In this document: one piece after another, positions 8,708-17,730 of the stretch
How the letters are laid out: each line of letters opens with the position of its first letter
Numbering within the stretch: position 1 is the stretch's first letter
Assembly (NCBI GenBank): GCA_017550895.1
Contig: JAFZNN010000236.1
Location: forward strand, 1,232 to 65,231
DNA: 64,000 nucleotides
DNA from: Clostridia bacterium
GTDB lineage: Bacteria; Bacillota; Clostridia; Oscillospirales; Acutalibacteraceae
Reading direction: 5' to 3'
Notes under the pieces: model-generated
The model's database searches: none
Told to the model about the DNA's origin: nothing
The model's input: the letters and a program-made list of their open reading frames with translations, nothing else
Translations under genes and position numbers: made by a program

Positions 8708-8884
8708 CGATGTGTTCCGCTCTCGCGGAACGTGATGTTTGCTTCGCAAGTGATGTGCCCTTCGGGCGTGATGTGTGCCTGCGGCACGTGTGCGGAACAC
8801 ATTACATCACTGCGACCAAAGGGAGCAACATCATTTTTGACGCTTGCGTCAAAAACATCACTTGCGCCGCAGGTGCATGCTTCA
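8708..8884. repeat. modular TGATGT/ACATCA+hairpin (REP/BIME-like) repeat, copy A
   Basis: Four (T/C)GATGT units then four (A/G)C(A/T)TCA units, each separated by a short hairpin. Confidence 0.85.
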
Positions 8885-8962
8885 CAAAAAGTGCCTTAAA
8901 GCCGCGTGCAACGGCGCGATTTCATTATTGATTACAGTTGCCATTCCGTTCGCGCGGCACAG

Positions 8963-8992
8963 AAAACGACGTGTTTCGACACGTCGTTTTTT
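8963..8992. terminator. terminator-like hairpin
   Basis: AAAACGACGTGT-TTCG-ACACGTCGTTTTTT. Confidence 0.8.
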
Positions 8993-8993
8993 C

Positions 8994-9095
8994 AATGAAG
9001 CCGACCCTTGCGGGGCGAATAAAGGATTGAAGGCGCTGCACGAACGAAGACGCTCTTTCGGAGCTGATTGTTTCTGTGGGCGGCTTCGCTTCATT
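8994..9095. repeat. inverted-repeat-bounded ~100-bp element (element D)
   Basis: Ends AATGAAGC/GCTTCATT; sub-terminal GAAGCCGACCC/GGGCGGCTTC. Confidence 0.55.
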
Positions 9096-9270
9096 CCAAC
9101 GTTTGATTTTTTGAGAAAACAGTATCATTCGCGTTCCATCCCTGTGTCCCGGCTTTTGTTCTGCATTTTATATTTAATAATAATCTTTCATTGCGACAAA
9201 ATATTTATATTGTTTAAAACAATTCGATGTGATATAATAACATTGCACTAAAAACAGGAGGGCAAACTCA

Positions 9271-10677
9271 ATGAAAAAAGCAACCAGAAAAGCGCTTGCA
9301 TTGACGCTCGCACTTGTGATGGCATTTTCCTGCCTTGCGTTAAATTCTTTTGCCGCTACAAAGGATAACATTACGTTCAAGGTGCAGGGCAAAGGCGGTT
9401 ATCTTGCCATCGGCGACAGTATCGGCATGGGCTGCGGTTCCGACGGTTACTATCTGGGGCATTACCATGGCGACTACCAATACCGCGACTGCGAGGGCTC
9501 CTATGTGACACAAATCGCAAACGCAGTCGGCTGCGACATTCCCACACACAGCATCACAGACCAGAATTCCAACTTCTATCCGTTCTGCTATCCCGGTATG
9601 ACCACTGCCGTCGCTCTTGACCTGTACGGCGTTGACGACGGGTATTCGGATTATGAGCTTGACTACCCATACTACCACGCAATGCTTACTTATTTCGGCA
9701 CGCCTGCTTCTCTTCCCTCAACGCGCGATGAAGATCCCCGCTATGAAGCAGAGGGCGAAGTGCAGCACTATGTGGAAGGCAACTGCGGAAAGTGCGGCGA
9801 CATCATTGAGCTTACAAAGAATGCGGAGCTTATCACGATAGAACTGGGCATGTGCGATATTTTCTACCGCGCTTACCGTATTCTTTCCGAGGGTACGCTA
9901 CTTGCAGATTTAAAGCTTGATGCTTCCATCGCAAGCAAAGCCGGAGATATTCTCACAAAGGCAATCAGCCTGATCAAAGACGGCTTCAACAACTGGAAAT
10001 CACAGTATCCACTTCTTCTGAAGACCGTGACAGAATTAAATCCCAATGCCACGATCCTTATCTGCGGCAGCTTTAACCTGATCGACGATATAACGCTTCT
10101 TGACGAAACCGTTTTCCCTCTCGGCGATATCATGACCAATATTACTGAGCAGATGAACATTCTGTATGAGCGGTGGGCAAAAGAGTACGGCGTTACTTAT
10201 GTTGATATTCAGAACTGTGAAACATACGCCACGGAAAACAACATGGCGCTTCTCGGCGATTATATGAATGATTCACTTACGTCCTCTCATCCCAGCCAGA
10301 CGGGTCACGACTATATCGCAAGACAGTTTCTTGCCGCGCTTGCACCCGTTGAAGAGCATCACAACATCTATGTTGACCTTGTAAGAAATACAAGTGTAAG
10401 CAAGGTTCTTATCAACGGCATACCCGTAACCAGCTACACGGTTAACGGCTACGACCTCAACGTTGACTACACCGGCAAGCTCGCAAAAAGCATGACGATC
10501 TTTATCGACAACGGCAACGGCACCACCCAGATGCAGTATTACGATCTGGAATACAAGGATGGCGGATATGTCGTTCATCGTGTTTACCAGAACAACGATT
10601 ATCGCGGACTCTTTACCCGTCCGTTCAAGCTTCTCAAAAAGCTGTTTGAACTCATCAAGGGACTTTTCAGCAAATAA
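9271..10677 (+). CDS. secreted SGNH/GDSL hydrolase-family protein
   Basis: Signal peptide MKKATRKALALTLAL..; YLAIGDSIG and DSLTSSHPSQTGH motifs; TTGTTT-17-TATAAT promoter; visibly less GC-rich than the flanks. Confidence 0.75.
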   Translation: MKKATRKALALTLALVMAFSCLALNSFAATKDNITFKVQGKGGYLAIGDSIGMGCGSDGYYLGHYHGDYQYRDCEGSYVTQIANAVGCDIPTHSITDQNSNFYPFCYPGMTTAVALDLYGVDDGYSDYELDYPYYHAMLTYFGTPASLPSTRDEDPRYEAEGEVQHYVEGNCGKCGDIIELTKNAELITIELGMCDIFYRAYRILSEGTLLADLKLDASIASKAGDILTKAISLIKDGFNNWKSQYPLLLKTVTELNPNATILICGSFNLIDDITLLDETVFPLGDIMTNITEQMNILYERWAKEYGVTYVDIQNCETYATENNMALLGDYMNDSLTSSHPSQTGHDYIARQFLAALAPVEEHHNIYVDLVRNTSVSKVLINGIPVTSYTVNGYDLNVDYTGKLAKSMTIFIDNGNGTTQMQYYDLEYKDGGYVVHRVYQNNDYRGLFTRPFKLLKKLFELIKGLFSK

Positions 10678-10735
10678 GCAAGAATCATAGATCAATCCAG
10701 AAACCAAGTGGATCTTTTTCGTAGGGAACAGCCAC

Positions 10736-10944
10736 AAAAAGCCTCGTCTTCGGACGAGGTTTTTTCAATGATGTGTTCCGCTATGCGGAACATGATGTTT
10801 GCTTCGCAAATGATGTGTCCTGCGCGCATGATGTGTGCCTGCGGCACATGAAGCGGAACGCATCGCATCATTTTGCGGCGAAGCCGCAATACATCATTGT
10901 GAGCAACGCGAACAACTTCATTTGCACCGCAGGCGCATACTTCA
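10736..10944. repeat. terminator plus modular TGATGT/ACATCA repeat, copy B
   Basis: AAAAAGCCTCGTCTTCGGACGAGGTTTTTTCAA then the element at 10769-10944, homologous to copy A. Confidence 0.88.
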
Positions 10945-11008
10945 CTATTCATGTAATTAAACATTCTCGTATAATCAAGATAGTTGCCAATCCGCTCGCG
11001 CATCACAG

Positions 11009-11190
11009 AAAAAGCCTCGTCTTTCGACGAGGTTTTTTCAATGATGTGTTCCGCTATGCGGAACATGATGTTTGCTTCGCAAATGATGTGCGCTGCGCGC
11101 ATGATGTGTGCCTGCGGCACATGAAGCGAAACGCATCGCATCATTGCAACCAGCGGAAGCAACATCATTTGCGCCATCGGCGCATACTTG
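11009..11190. repeat. terminator plus modular TGATGT/ACATCA repeat, copy C
   Basis: Left arm nearly identical to copy B; right arm one hairpin module shorter. Confidence 0.88.
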
Positions 11191-11327
11191 CCTATCATAT
11201 AATTAAACATCATTATTCTGCTGTTCTTCAGAACAAGGCAGCCGCATTCAACCAAAAGGTGTTTTTCTCTTCCTCATCGTTGATGCTTTTTGAACCTCCG
11301 GCATTGCCCGGGGGACACTGATCGACA

Positions 11328-11362
11328 GAAAAGCCGGGCAGTCATCAGCTGTCCGGCTTTTT
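11328..11362. terminator. terminator (GNAT gene, possibly bidirectional)
   Basis: AAAAGCCGGGCAG-TCATCAG-CTGTCCGGCTTTT. Confidence 0.8.
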
Positions 11363-11385
11363 GTTTGTGTTTGATTGGAAATCCA

Positions 11386-11955
11386 TCAGGTCTGAAAGCG
11401 ATACCGCGTCCGGTCTGCGGCGCCGGTCCGGATCCATTTGTCCGTCAGCGTCGGGAGGGCGAATCCCCAGTTTTCCGGCACGGCGTGCGCGATGTGGCGA
11501 AAGCCGTTCTTTTTCAGCACACGCGCAGACGCCTGATTCTCCAGCATCGTGCTTGCCGTGATGATCTCGACGTCCGTTTCCTCCAAAAGATAGCGGACCA
11601 TCAGGCCGAGCGTTTCCGTCGCGATCCCCTGCCCCCAGTACTCCTGCAGCAGCCGGTACCCGACGCTCGCTTTGTGAAGCGGGGCGCGATAGCCGTAGAT
11701 TTCCGCCAGGCCGCAGAACACATTTTCCAGATACACGCCGAGGATCAGGGACGTGCGCAGGCACTCGTCATACAAATGCCGGACGACGTCTTCTTTCTCC
11801 TCATATTTCAGTTCAAACAGAAAGGTCGGGAGATACCGGTACACCTCGGCATTTTCCGTCAGCGCGCGCAGATGCTGCGCGTCGGACAGCGGCACCCGGC
11901 GCAGCGCAACGCGCTCGCCTGTCAGGCAGGGGATCTCCGAAAACAGCTTTTTCAC
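11386..11955 (-). CDS. RimJ/RimL-type GNAT N-acetyltransferase
   Basis: VGYRLLQEYWGQGIATE and ENQASARVLKKNGF motifs; GTG start. Confidence 0.88.
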   Translation of the reverse strand: MKKLFSEIPCLTGERVALRRVPLSDAQHLRALTENAEVYRYLPTFLFELKYEEKEDVVRHLYDECLRTSLILGVYLENVFCGLAEIYGYRAPLHKASVGYRLLQEYWGQGIATETLGLMVRYLLEETDVEIITASTMLENQASARVLKKNGFRHIAHAVPENWGFALPTLTDKWIRTGAADRTRYRFQT

Positions 11956-12233
11956 GATCAGGCTTCCTTCCGAATAAAAATAATAGATCTCCTCGCCGCG
12001 TTCGGGACAACCGCGACGGGACTGTTCTGCTTCCGCAGCGCGTCAAAACTTGCCGTTTTTGACGGCTGCCGTATCAGAGGTAAAAGGAGTAACATTATTA
12101 TATAACAGATCCATCATGAATTTCAAGCCGGAAATGCGCGTATCGCATCGTATTTTGCAGGCGCGCTCCTGCGTAAAAACGCGGTTGAAAAGGCCTCTGA
12201 TTTATGATAGAATCATCTTGTATCTTCTGCCTT

Positions 12234-12248
12234 TGCGTTTCAAACGCA
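12234..12248. promoter_or_regulatory. perfect 7-1-7 palindrome, candidate operator of the glycan-catabolic gene pair
   Basis: TGCGTTT-C-AAACGCA between a TTGAAA..TAGAAT promoter and the RBS of the 12291 gene. Confidence 0.4.
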
Positions 12249-12290
12249 TTTCGGTCCGGAAGTGAATAAACCTGAGGAGAACGGTGGCAT

Positions 12291-13847
12291 ATGAGAAATA
12301 TCATCAACATCATCAATTTTGTCCGGAACTGCGAGCCCAGAGAGGATGACGATTCCTATCTGTTCCCGACGCTTTGCGAGGAGCTGAAGCTCTGCGACAA
12401 CTACGGTTTCCGTTCCACAGTGCTGTTTCAGTATGACGCGCTGATCGAGCCGCGGTATATCGACCTTGCGCGCGCCCACGCGGATCGCTGCGAATACGGC
12501 CTGTGGCTTGAAATCACGGAGCCGCACTGTCAGGATGCCGGCCTGCCCTGGAGAGGACGGTATCCGTGGGACTGGGAAAACAATGTCAACTATCTGCACG
12601 GCTATCTTCCCGAAGAAAGAAAACGCCTGATCGACACGGCCTTTGAGAAATTCCGCGAGATTTACGGGGCGTATCCCGCCGTGTTCGGCTGCTGGACCAT
12701 CGACGCCGTTTCTTATCGGTATATCGAAACGCGGTATCCCGTTGTTGCCGCCTGCATCTGCCGCGATCAGTACGGCACAGACGCAAACACCATGTGGGGC
12801 GGCTACTATAACGGCGGCTATTACCCCTGCTTCGGCAACATGCTCTGCCCCGCTTCCGGGCCGGAAGAGCAGATGAAAACGCCCGTGTTCCGCATGCTCG
12901 GGCCCGACCCGCTCCGACAATATGACTGGGGCCTCGGCGACCCCGAAGTCTGCCAGCAGGTCTCCACCATGGAGCCCGTATATACCGAGGGCGGCGGCAG
13001 CCGGAAGTTTGTGGAGTGGTATTTCCGCGAAAGCTTCAACGGCAAATGCCTTTCGCACGCCTACGCGCAGCTCGGGCAGGAGAATTCCTTCGGCTGGAAA
13101 AGCATCAAAAACGGCCTGCCGATGCAGTTTGAAATCCTTGACCGCGCGATCAAGGACGGCCGCGTGGAGCTGATGACGCTCGGCGAAACGGGAATGTGGT
13201 TTGCGGAAACCTTCCGCGAAACGCCGCCCGCCGCGATCTGCGTGGATTCCGACTATGAAAAGGACGGCTATCGGACCGTCTGGTACAGCTGCAAAAACTA
13301 CCGGATGAATATTCTTTATCAGGACGGCCGGGCGTGGATCCGGGATTTCCAGCTTTTCGACGGCAATTTCAAGGAAAAATGCCTGGAAAAAGCGGAAGAT
13401 CTGCGGGATTACGCGATCTTCAATCTGCCTGTGATGGACGGCTTCCGCTTCAGCAAGGACGAAATCCGCGCGGGCGTCTACGTCTGCAAAGACGGCGAAG
13501 TCGTCACCGGCAAGGAAGCATTTCTCACCGAAACACAGGAGCGCAGGCAGTCCGCCGCCGCCGAACTGCCGGGCACGGTGCGCTTTGAAATGTATGAAAA
13601 CCGGATCGAGATCACACTCGCCGATCCGGAATCCTATCTCGCCTTTGTTTACAGCCCCGCATGCAAAGTCCCCTATTCTGAAGTGGAAGAGAAGACGCTC
13701 TTTATGAAATTCAGAGGCAGACTTGACAGCGACTATTCGTATTCCGTCCGGCTCGCAAGCGGCAGATTTGCGCAGACGGACGGTACGATCCGGGTGTTGC
13801 CGGAAGCCGGGCGGATCACGTTTGAGGTTGCGCCGCTTTGCCTCTGA
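12291..13847 (+). CDS. uncharacterised protein, possible glycoside hydrolase/deacetylase fold
   Basis: 518-aa ORF with GAGGAG RBS and coherent codon usage; LFQYDAL..GLWLEI..WRGRYPWDWE; family not assigned. Confidence 0.6.
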   Translation: MRNIINIINFVRNCEPREDDDSYLFPTLCEELKLCDNYGFRSTVLFQYDALIEPRYIDLARAHADRCEYGLWLEITEPHCQDAGLPWRGRYPWDWENNVNYLHGYLPEERKRLIDTAFEKFREIYGAYPAVFGCWTIDAVSYRYIETRYPVVAACICRDQYGTDANTMWGGYYNGGYYPCFGNMLCPASGPEEQMKTPVFRMLGPDPLRQYDWGLGDPEVCQQVSTMEPVYTEGGGSRKFVEWYFRESFNGKCLSHAYAQLGQENSFGWKSIKNGLPMQFEILDRAIKDGRVELMTLGETGMWFAETFRETPPAAICVDSDYEKDGYRTVWYSCKNYRMNILYQDGRAWIRDFQLFDGNFKEKCLEKAEDLRDYAIFNLPVMDGFRFSKDEIRAGVYVCKDGEVVTGKEAFLTETQERRQSAAAELPGTVRFEMYENRIEITLADPESYLAFVYSPACKVPYSEVEEKTLFMKFRGRLDSDYSYSVRLASGRFAQTDGTIRVLPEAGRITFEVAPLCL

Positions 13848-13908
13848 GCGCGGACCGCTGTTTGCGCCGCCGGTTCGGCAATTCCGAAATCAGACGAGGT
13901 GGTTCTAA

Positions 13909-15288
13909 ATGAAATCCGTCAAGTGGAACTATGACTACGCGCAGACGCTGTGGATGAAAATGTATCTCGCCGAGCCGGATTTCCCGCATCACCGCTCGCG
14001 GGTGTTCATCACCTTCGCGCAGGCACTGGAGATCATCAAGGCCGTCGACGCGATGACGCAGGGAATCCAAAAGATCGTTTATCTTGTCGGCTGGCAGGGA
14101 CTCGGGCATGACGACTGCTATCCCGAAATGGAGATCGTGAACGAAGCGCTCAAGCGCCCCGAGGACAAGACCGCGCGCGACAGCCTCTGGTGGCTCTTTG
14201 AAGAAGCGAAGCGGTATCATACGGTCGTCAGCTTCTACGGCAATCTGGCGGACGCCTACAGCGACACGCCCTGCTTTCCCGCGCTTGTCCGCGGCAACGC
14301 GGTCGTGAAGGACGCGCAGGGCCGGCCCGCCGTCATTGAACGATTCAACGGCAGAGACGCCTATAAAGTTTCCTACAAGGGCTATTATGAAAGCGGCCTG
14401 TTCCGCAAGAACTGGGACCGCTTCTGCGAAGTGACGCCCGTGCGCGAGGCGGGCACCGTGCATCTGGATAACTTCTGCATCGCGCAGAGCCTGAACCCCT
14501 ATACCAGTGTGGACGATGAAGACGCGGCGCGCAACAAGATGCTGGATGAGATGCAGTCCATGGGCATCGACGTAACCACGGAATACACCTACCGCGAGCT
14601 GGAATGGCGCGCGGATTCGCCGGAGCATCCGATCCGCCGGTTCTATGAAACCGCGGTGGATCCCCTCCCTGTCGGCACGTTTGAAGACGCGCCGATCCGT
14701 TCGCTTGGCAGGATTCCGGCCTCCTGGTGGACGAGCGGCATGACCGCCGGCGACTGCATGCGCATCCCGCCCGCGGAATACAGCGGCCACCTGACTGATC
14801 CCGCGCTTCTGGCCGTGTTTTACGGCGCGATGCACGGCGAGGACATCTGGCGGGACCGCGGCATCGACCCGAAGGCCTGGGCGCCGGAATTCCTCCGGCA
14901 GTTCTGCCTGCTGCAGATGCCGTATTTCTATCTCAACCGGCTGCGGCGGCTGAAGCTTTCACAGGCGGACGGCGCATACACGGCCGAGTTCTCCGACGGC
15001 GTCGTCAGCAGCGGAGCAGACGGGCGCATCACGAAAAACGGCGCGGTGCTCAAGGACGGCGGCGACGTGCTCCTGCCGCTGGACGCCGCGGGCAAAACGC
15101 TGATCGCCTATTCCGAACACGGGAAAGACGGCGAATGGGAAATTCCCGACGCCGCGTTCGCCGAAGCGGATCTGTTTGCCGTCACGCCGGCGGGAAACGT
15201 CCCCTGCGGCAGCGCGGAAATCAGGGACGGCAGGCTCTGGCTTCATGTGCCCGCCGGAAAAGCGTTTGTGCTGAAGGAAGCACGGTAA
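13909..15288 (+). CDS. GH101/endo-alpha-N-acetylgalactosaminidase-like protein
   Basis: IVYLVGWQGLGHDDCYP and VHLDNF segments resemble the GH101-type barrel. Confidence 0.5.
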   Translation: MKSVKWNYDYAQTLWMKMYLAEPDFPHHRSRVFITFAQALEIIKAVDAMTQGIQKIVYLVGWQGLGHDDCYPEMEIVNEALKRPEDKTARDSLWWLFEEAKRYHTVVSFYGNLADAYSDTPCFPALVRGNAVVKDAQGRPAVIERFNGRDAYKVSYKGYYESGLFRKNWDRFCEVTPVREAGTVHLDNFCIAQSLNPYTSVDDEDAARNKMLDEMQSMGIDVTTEYTYRELEWRADSPEHPIRRFYETAVDPLPVGTFEDAPIRSLGRIPASWWTSGMTAGDCMRIPPAEYSGHLTDPALLAVFYGAMHGEDIWRDRGIDPKAWAPEFLRQFCLLQMPYFYLNRLRRLKLSQADGAYTAEFSDGVVSSGADGRITKNGAVLKDGGDVLLPLDAAGKTLIAYSEHGKDGEWEIPDAAFAEADLFAVTPAGNVPCGSAEIRDGRLWLHVPAGKAFVLKEAR

Positions 15289-15394
15289 CCGCATGGCATT
15301 TTTATTGAAACGGTTCCGCGGAAACCGGAATCGTTCCCGAAACAGCAAAGCCGCAGCGGCATCCCGGATGGATGTCGATGCGGCTTTGACGCAT

Positions 15395-16681
15395 TCAGTT
15401 GGCGCGGGAAAGCTTCATCGCGTAGATCGCGCAGGTTCCTGCGCCGTCGTCGGCAATCTCCAGCCGCAGTGCGGCCGTGCCGGATGCGGGCTGCAAGCGG
15501 ACCGTGAATTCGCTCTGCTCCCCGCTGCCGGGTATGCTTTCATCCGCCACGCAAACGGCGTCCAGCAGGATCTTTACGCGGAACTGCTCCGTGGCCCGGT
15601 ATCGCAGCGCAAGCGAATACGCCTCCCCGTCGAATAAAGCCGGGCTGAACGAAAAGCCCGCGCCGCTGCGCAGCCCCACACAGGGGAAGCCGCCGTCCGG
15701 CGTTTCGGTCACATAGGCGCCGCCGAAAAACCGGCAGGCATGCACGGGCGACGTGATCTGCTCCGGCCGCAGCGTCTGCAGGAAACCGTTGGTGGTCGGG
15801 ATCGCCTGCCCGATGAAGCCGGCGGCCACGTCCACCGACAGCCGCTCCGCCCGCGCGCGGCGGGAGAAGGCGCTGTTGTTTGAAGAGGCGTGATAAAAAA
15901 CGTACCACGCGCCCCCCGCGCTGATCACGGAACCGTGGTTGTTCCATGAGGCGGGATCGCAGCCCTCGTTGTCGATCACCGTGCCGCGGCGCTCATACGG
16001 ACCGTAAACGGCGTCGCTGACGGCATAATCCAGTTTTGTCGGCCTGGCGCCGTTATGCGGATCCGCCTGCGCGTATTCCGAGGCGTAGATCAGACAGTAT
16101 CGATCGCCGAGCTTCCGCAGCGAAGAGCCTTCGTGAAAGCCCTCCCGCCCGGGGGCGTTGGACAGCACGTCCGTGTGCACGCTTTCGGGCCGGATGCTGC
16201 ACAGATCGTCGCACAGCTCGCCCATATTCAGATGAAACTGCCCCCACGTATAGTAGACGCGGCCGCCGTCCTCCAGCACGGAGGGATCAATCCCCGTGAT
16301 CGGCTTTCCGTTCAGCGTGATCTGCCGCGCGTTCGTGAACGGCCCCTCGGGAGACGCGCTTTCGGCCACGCCCTCGGTGCCGTCCGACAGGCAGAAAAAC
16401 AGATAATATTTCCCGTTGCGGTACAGCGCGTCCGGCGCGTACAGATCGGCGTCCGACCACGGCACGGCCTTTGTTGAAAAGCTGACGCCGTGATCCGTCC
16501 AGTCCGTCAGGTCCGCAAGCGGCGCGGATACCGCGTGGTATTCCTTGCTGCAGTAGCCTTGCCCGAACCGGTCATAGGAGCCGTACAGATAAATCCGGTC
16601 GCCGAACACCTTCGGCTCGCCATCCGGGATATAGGTGCCGAAAGGAAGAAACGGGTTCAGTCCCGGGGTCTGATCATGCAT
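15395..16681 (-). CDS. family 43 glycoside hydrolase with C-terminal CBM-like domain
   Basis: PDGEPKVF, LYAPD, IDPSV, FHEG and NNHGS motifs; ATG at 16681 after AGGAG. Confidence 0.85.
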   Translation of the reverse strand: MHDQTPGLNPFLPFGTYIPDGEPKVFGDRIYLYGSYDRFGQGYCSKEYHAVSAPLADLTDWTDHGVSFSTKAVPWSDADLYAPDALYRNGKYYLFFCLSDGTEGVAESASPEGPFTNARQITLNGKPITGIDPSVLEDGGRVYYTWGQFHLNMGELCDDLCSIRPESVHTDVLSNAPGREGFHEGSSLRKLGDRYCLIYASEYAQADPHNGARPTKLDYAVSDAVYGPYERRGTVIDNEGCDPASWNNHGSVISAGGAWYVFYHASSNNSAFSRRARAERLSVDVAAGFIGQAIPTTNGFLQTLRPEQITSPVHACRFFGGAYVTETPDGGFPCVGLRSGAGFSFSPALFDGEAYSLALRYRATEQFRVKILLDAVCVADESIPGSGEQSEFTVRLQPASGTAALRLEIADDGAGTCAIYAMKLSRAN

Positions 16682-17066
16682 TTTCTGAATTCTCCTGTTC
16701 CGCATTCCGATGGAACGCGTTTTTTCAGCCGCATCGTCCGCTCCCTGCGCATCCTCTTGCGGAGCGGCGCCGCGGGAGAACGACTGCGGGCATCCTGTTT
16801 TGCAGAACTCATTATAGCATGGATTTCCCGCCGGTTCAACCGCGAATTGCCGGCCGGTCGCCCGTATGAACGGGAAGCGCGCGGTATTTCTTTTCGCCGG
16901 GCAGCGTGTTCGGGATCCGGTCGCCGCGTTCCGCGTCCGTCCCGCGCGGCGGTTTTTCGGAAATGTTTGTCCTTCCGGCCGAAATAATGCAACAACCTCT
17001 TGCAATTATTCCGCGCTTGTCCTATAATTGAATTGTGAAAAATCTGACAAGGAACGGAGGAATCTG

Positions 17067-17711
17067 ATGAATTACGTATTTTTGGCCGCCTTTGTTGTTT
17101 CGACCGCCATTCATCTCTACGCGTCCCTGAAGAAAAACGCCAAGCTGCGGAACGTGACCAAGCCGTTTATTCTGCTGTCTTTGTTCGGCTTCTATGCGCT
17201 GTCGGCCAACCCGCCGCACTGGGCGATCCTGCTTGCCCTGGCCTTCAGCTGGCTCGGCGACGTGCTGCTGATCCCCAAGGGCAACCAGTGGTTTACCGCC
17301 GGCGGCATCGCCTTCATGATCAGCCACGCGTTCTTCATCGTCGGCTACTGCAAGGACATCGTCTTTTCTTCAATCCCCATTGCGGTGATCGTGCTGCTGG
17401 GCGTGTTTTTCGCGGCCGCCGTCACATTCATATTCTCAAAGCTCAAGCCGCATCTGCCGAAGGCGCTGTTCTATCCGATGTTTCTCTATCTGCTGATCAA
17501 CGGCGCGATGAACTGCTTCGCCATTTTCCGCTGCATCAGCAACCCCACGCCCGCCACCGTCACCACGGCGATCGGCGCGGCCCTGTTCTTCGTTTCCGAC
17601 ACGTCGCTGTTCTTCGTGCGCTTCAAGAAGGACGGCCGTCTGCAGACCCATTTCCTTGTGATGCTCACCTACTCGATCGGGGAATTCCTGATCGTGCTGG
17701 GCTTATTATAA
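17067..17711 (+). CDS. YhhN/lysoplasmalogenase-family membrane protein
   Basis: TKP..ALAFSWLGDVLL..ALFFVSD..MLTY. Confidence 0.85.
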   Translation: MNYVFLAAFVVSTAIHLYASLKKNAKLRNVTKPFILLSLFGFYALSANPPHWAILLALAFSWLGDVLLIPKGNQWFTAGGIAFMISHAFFIVGYCKDIVFSSIPIAVIVLLGVFFAAAVTFIFSKLKPHLPKALFYPMFLYLLINGAMNCFAIFRCISNPTPATVTTAIGAALFFVSDTSLFFVRFKKDGRLQTHFLVMLTYSIGEFLIVLGLL

Positions 17712-17730
17712 TAACGGAGGTTGTTTTGAC

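Noticed and set aside
8708-11190. CRISPR-array reading of the TGATGT/ACATCA repeats
   Set aside because: The repeated units are only 6-7 nt, the intervening sequences are short conserved hairpins rather than unique spacers, the arms are inverted, and no cas genes are present.
10692-11321. ORFs 10773-11321(+), 10692-11255(-) and similar ORFs at 8519-9251
   Set aside because: They run through the palindromic repeats and terminators, lack RBSs and have odd H/C/M-rich composition; they are most simply by-products of the repeat.
8650-11340. tRNA-targeted integrative element with att duplication
   Set aside because: I found no duplicated tRNA-Tyr 3' end downstream and no integrase in the window.
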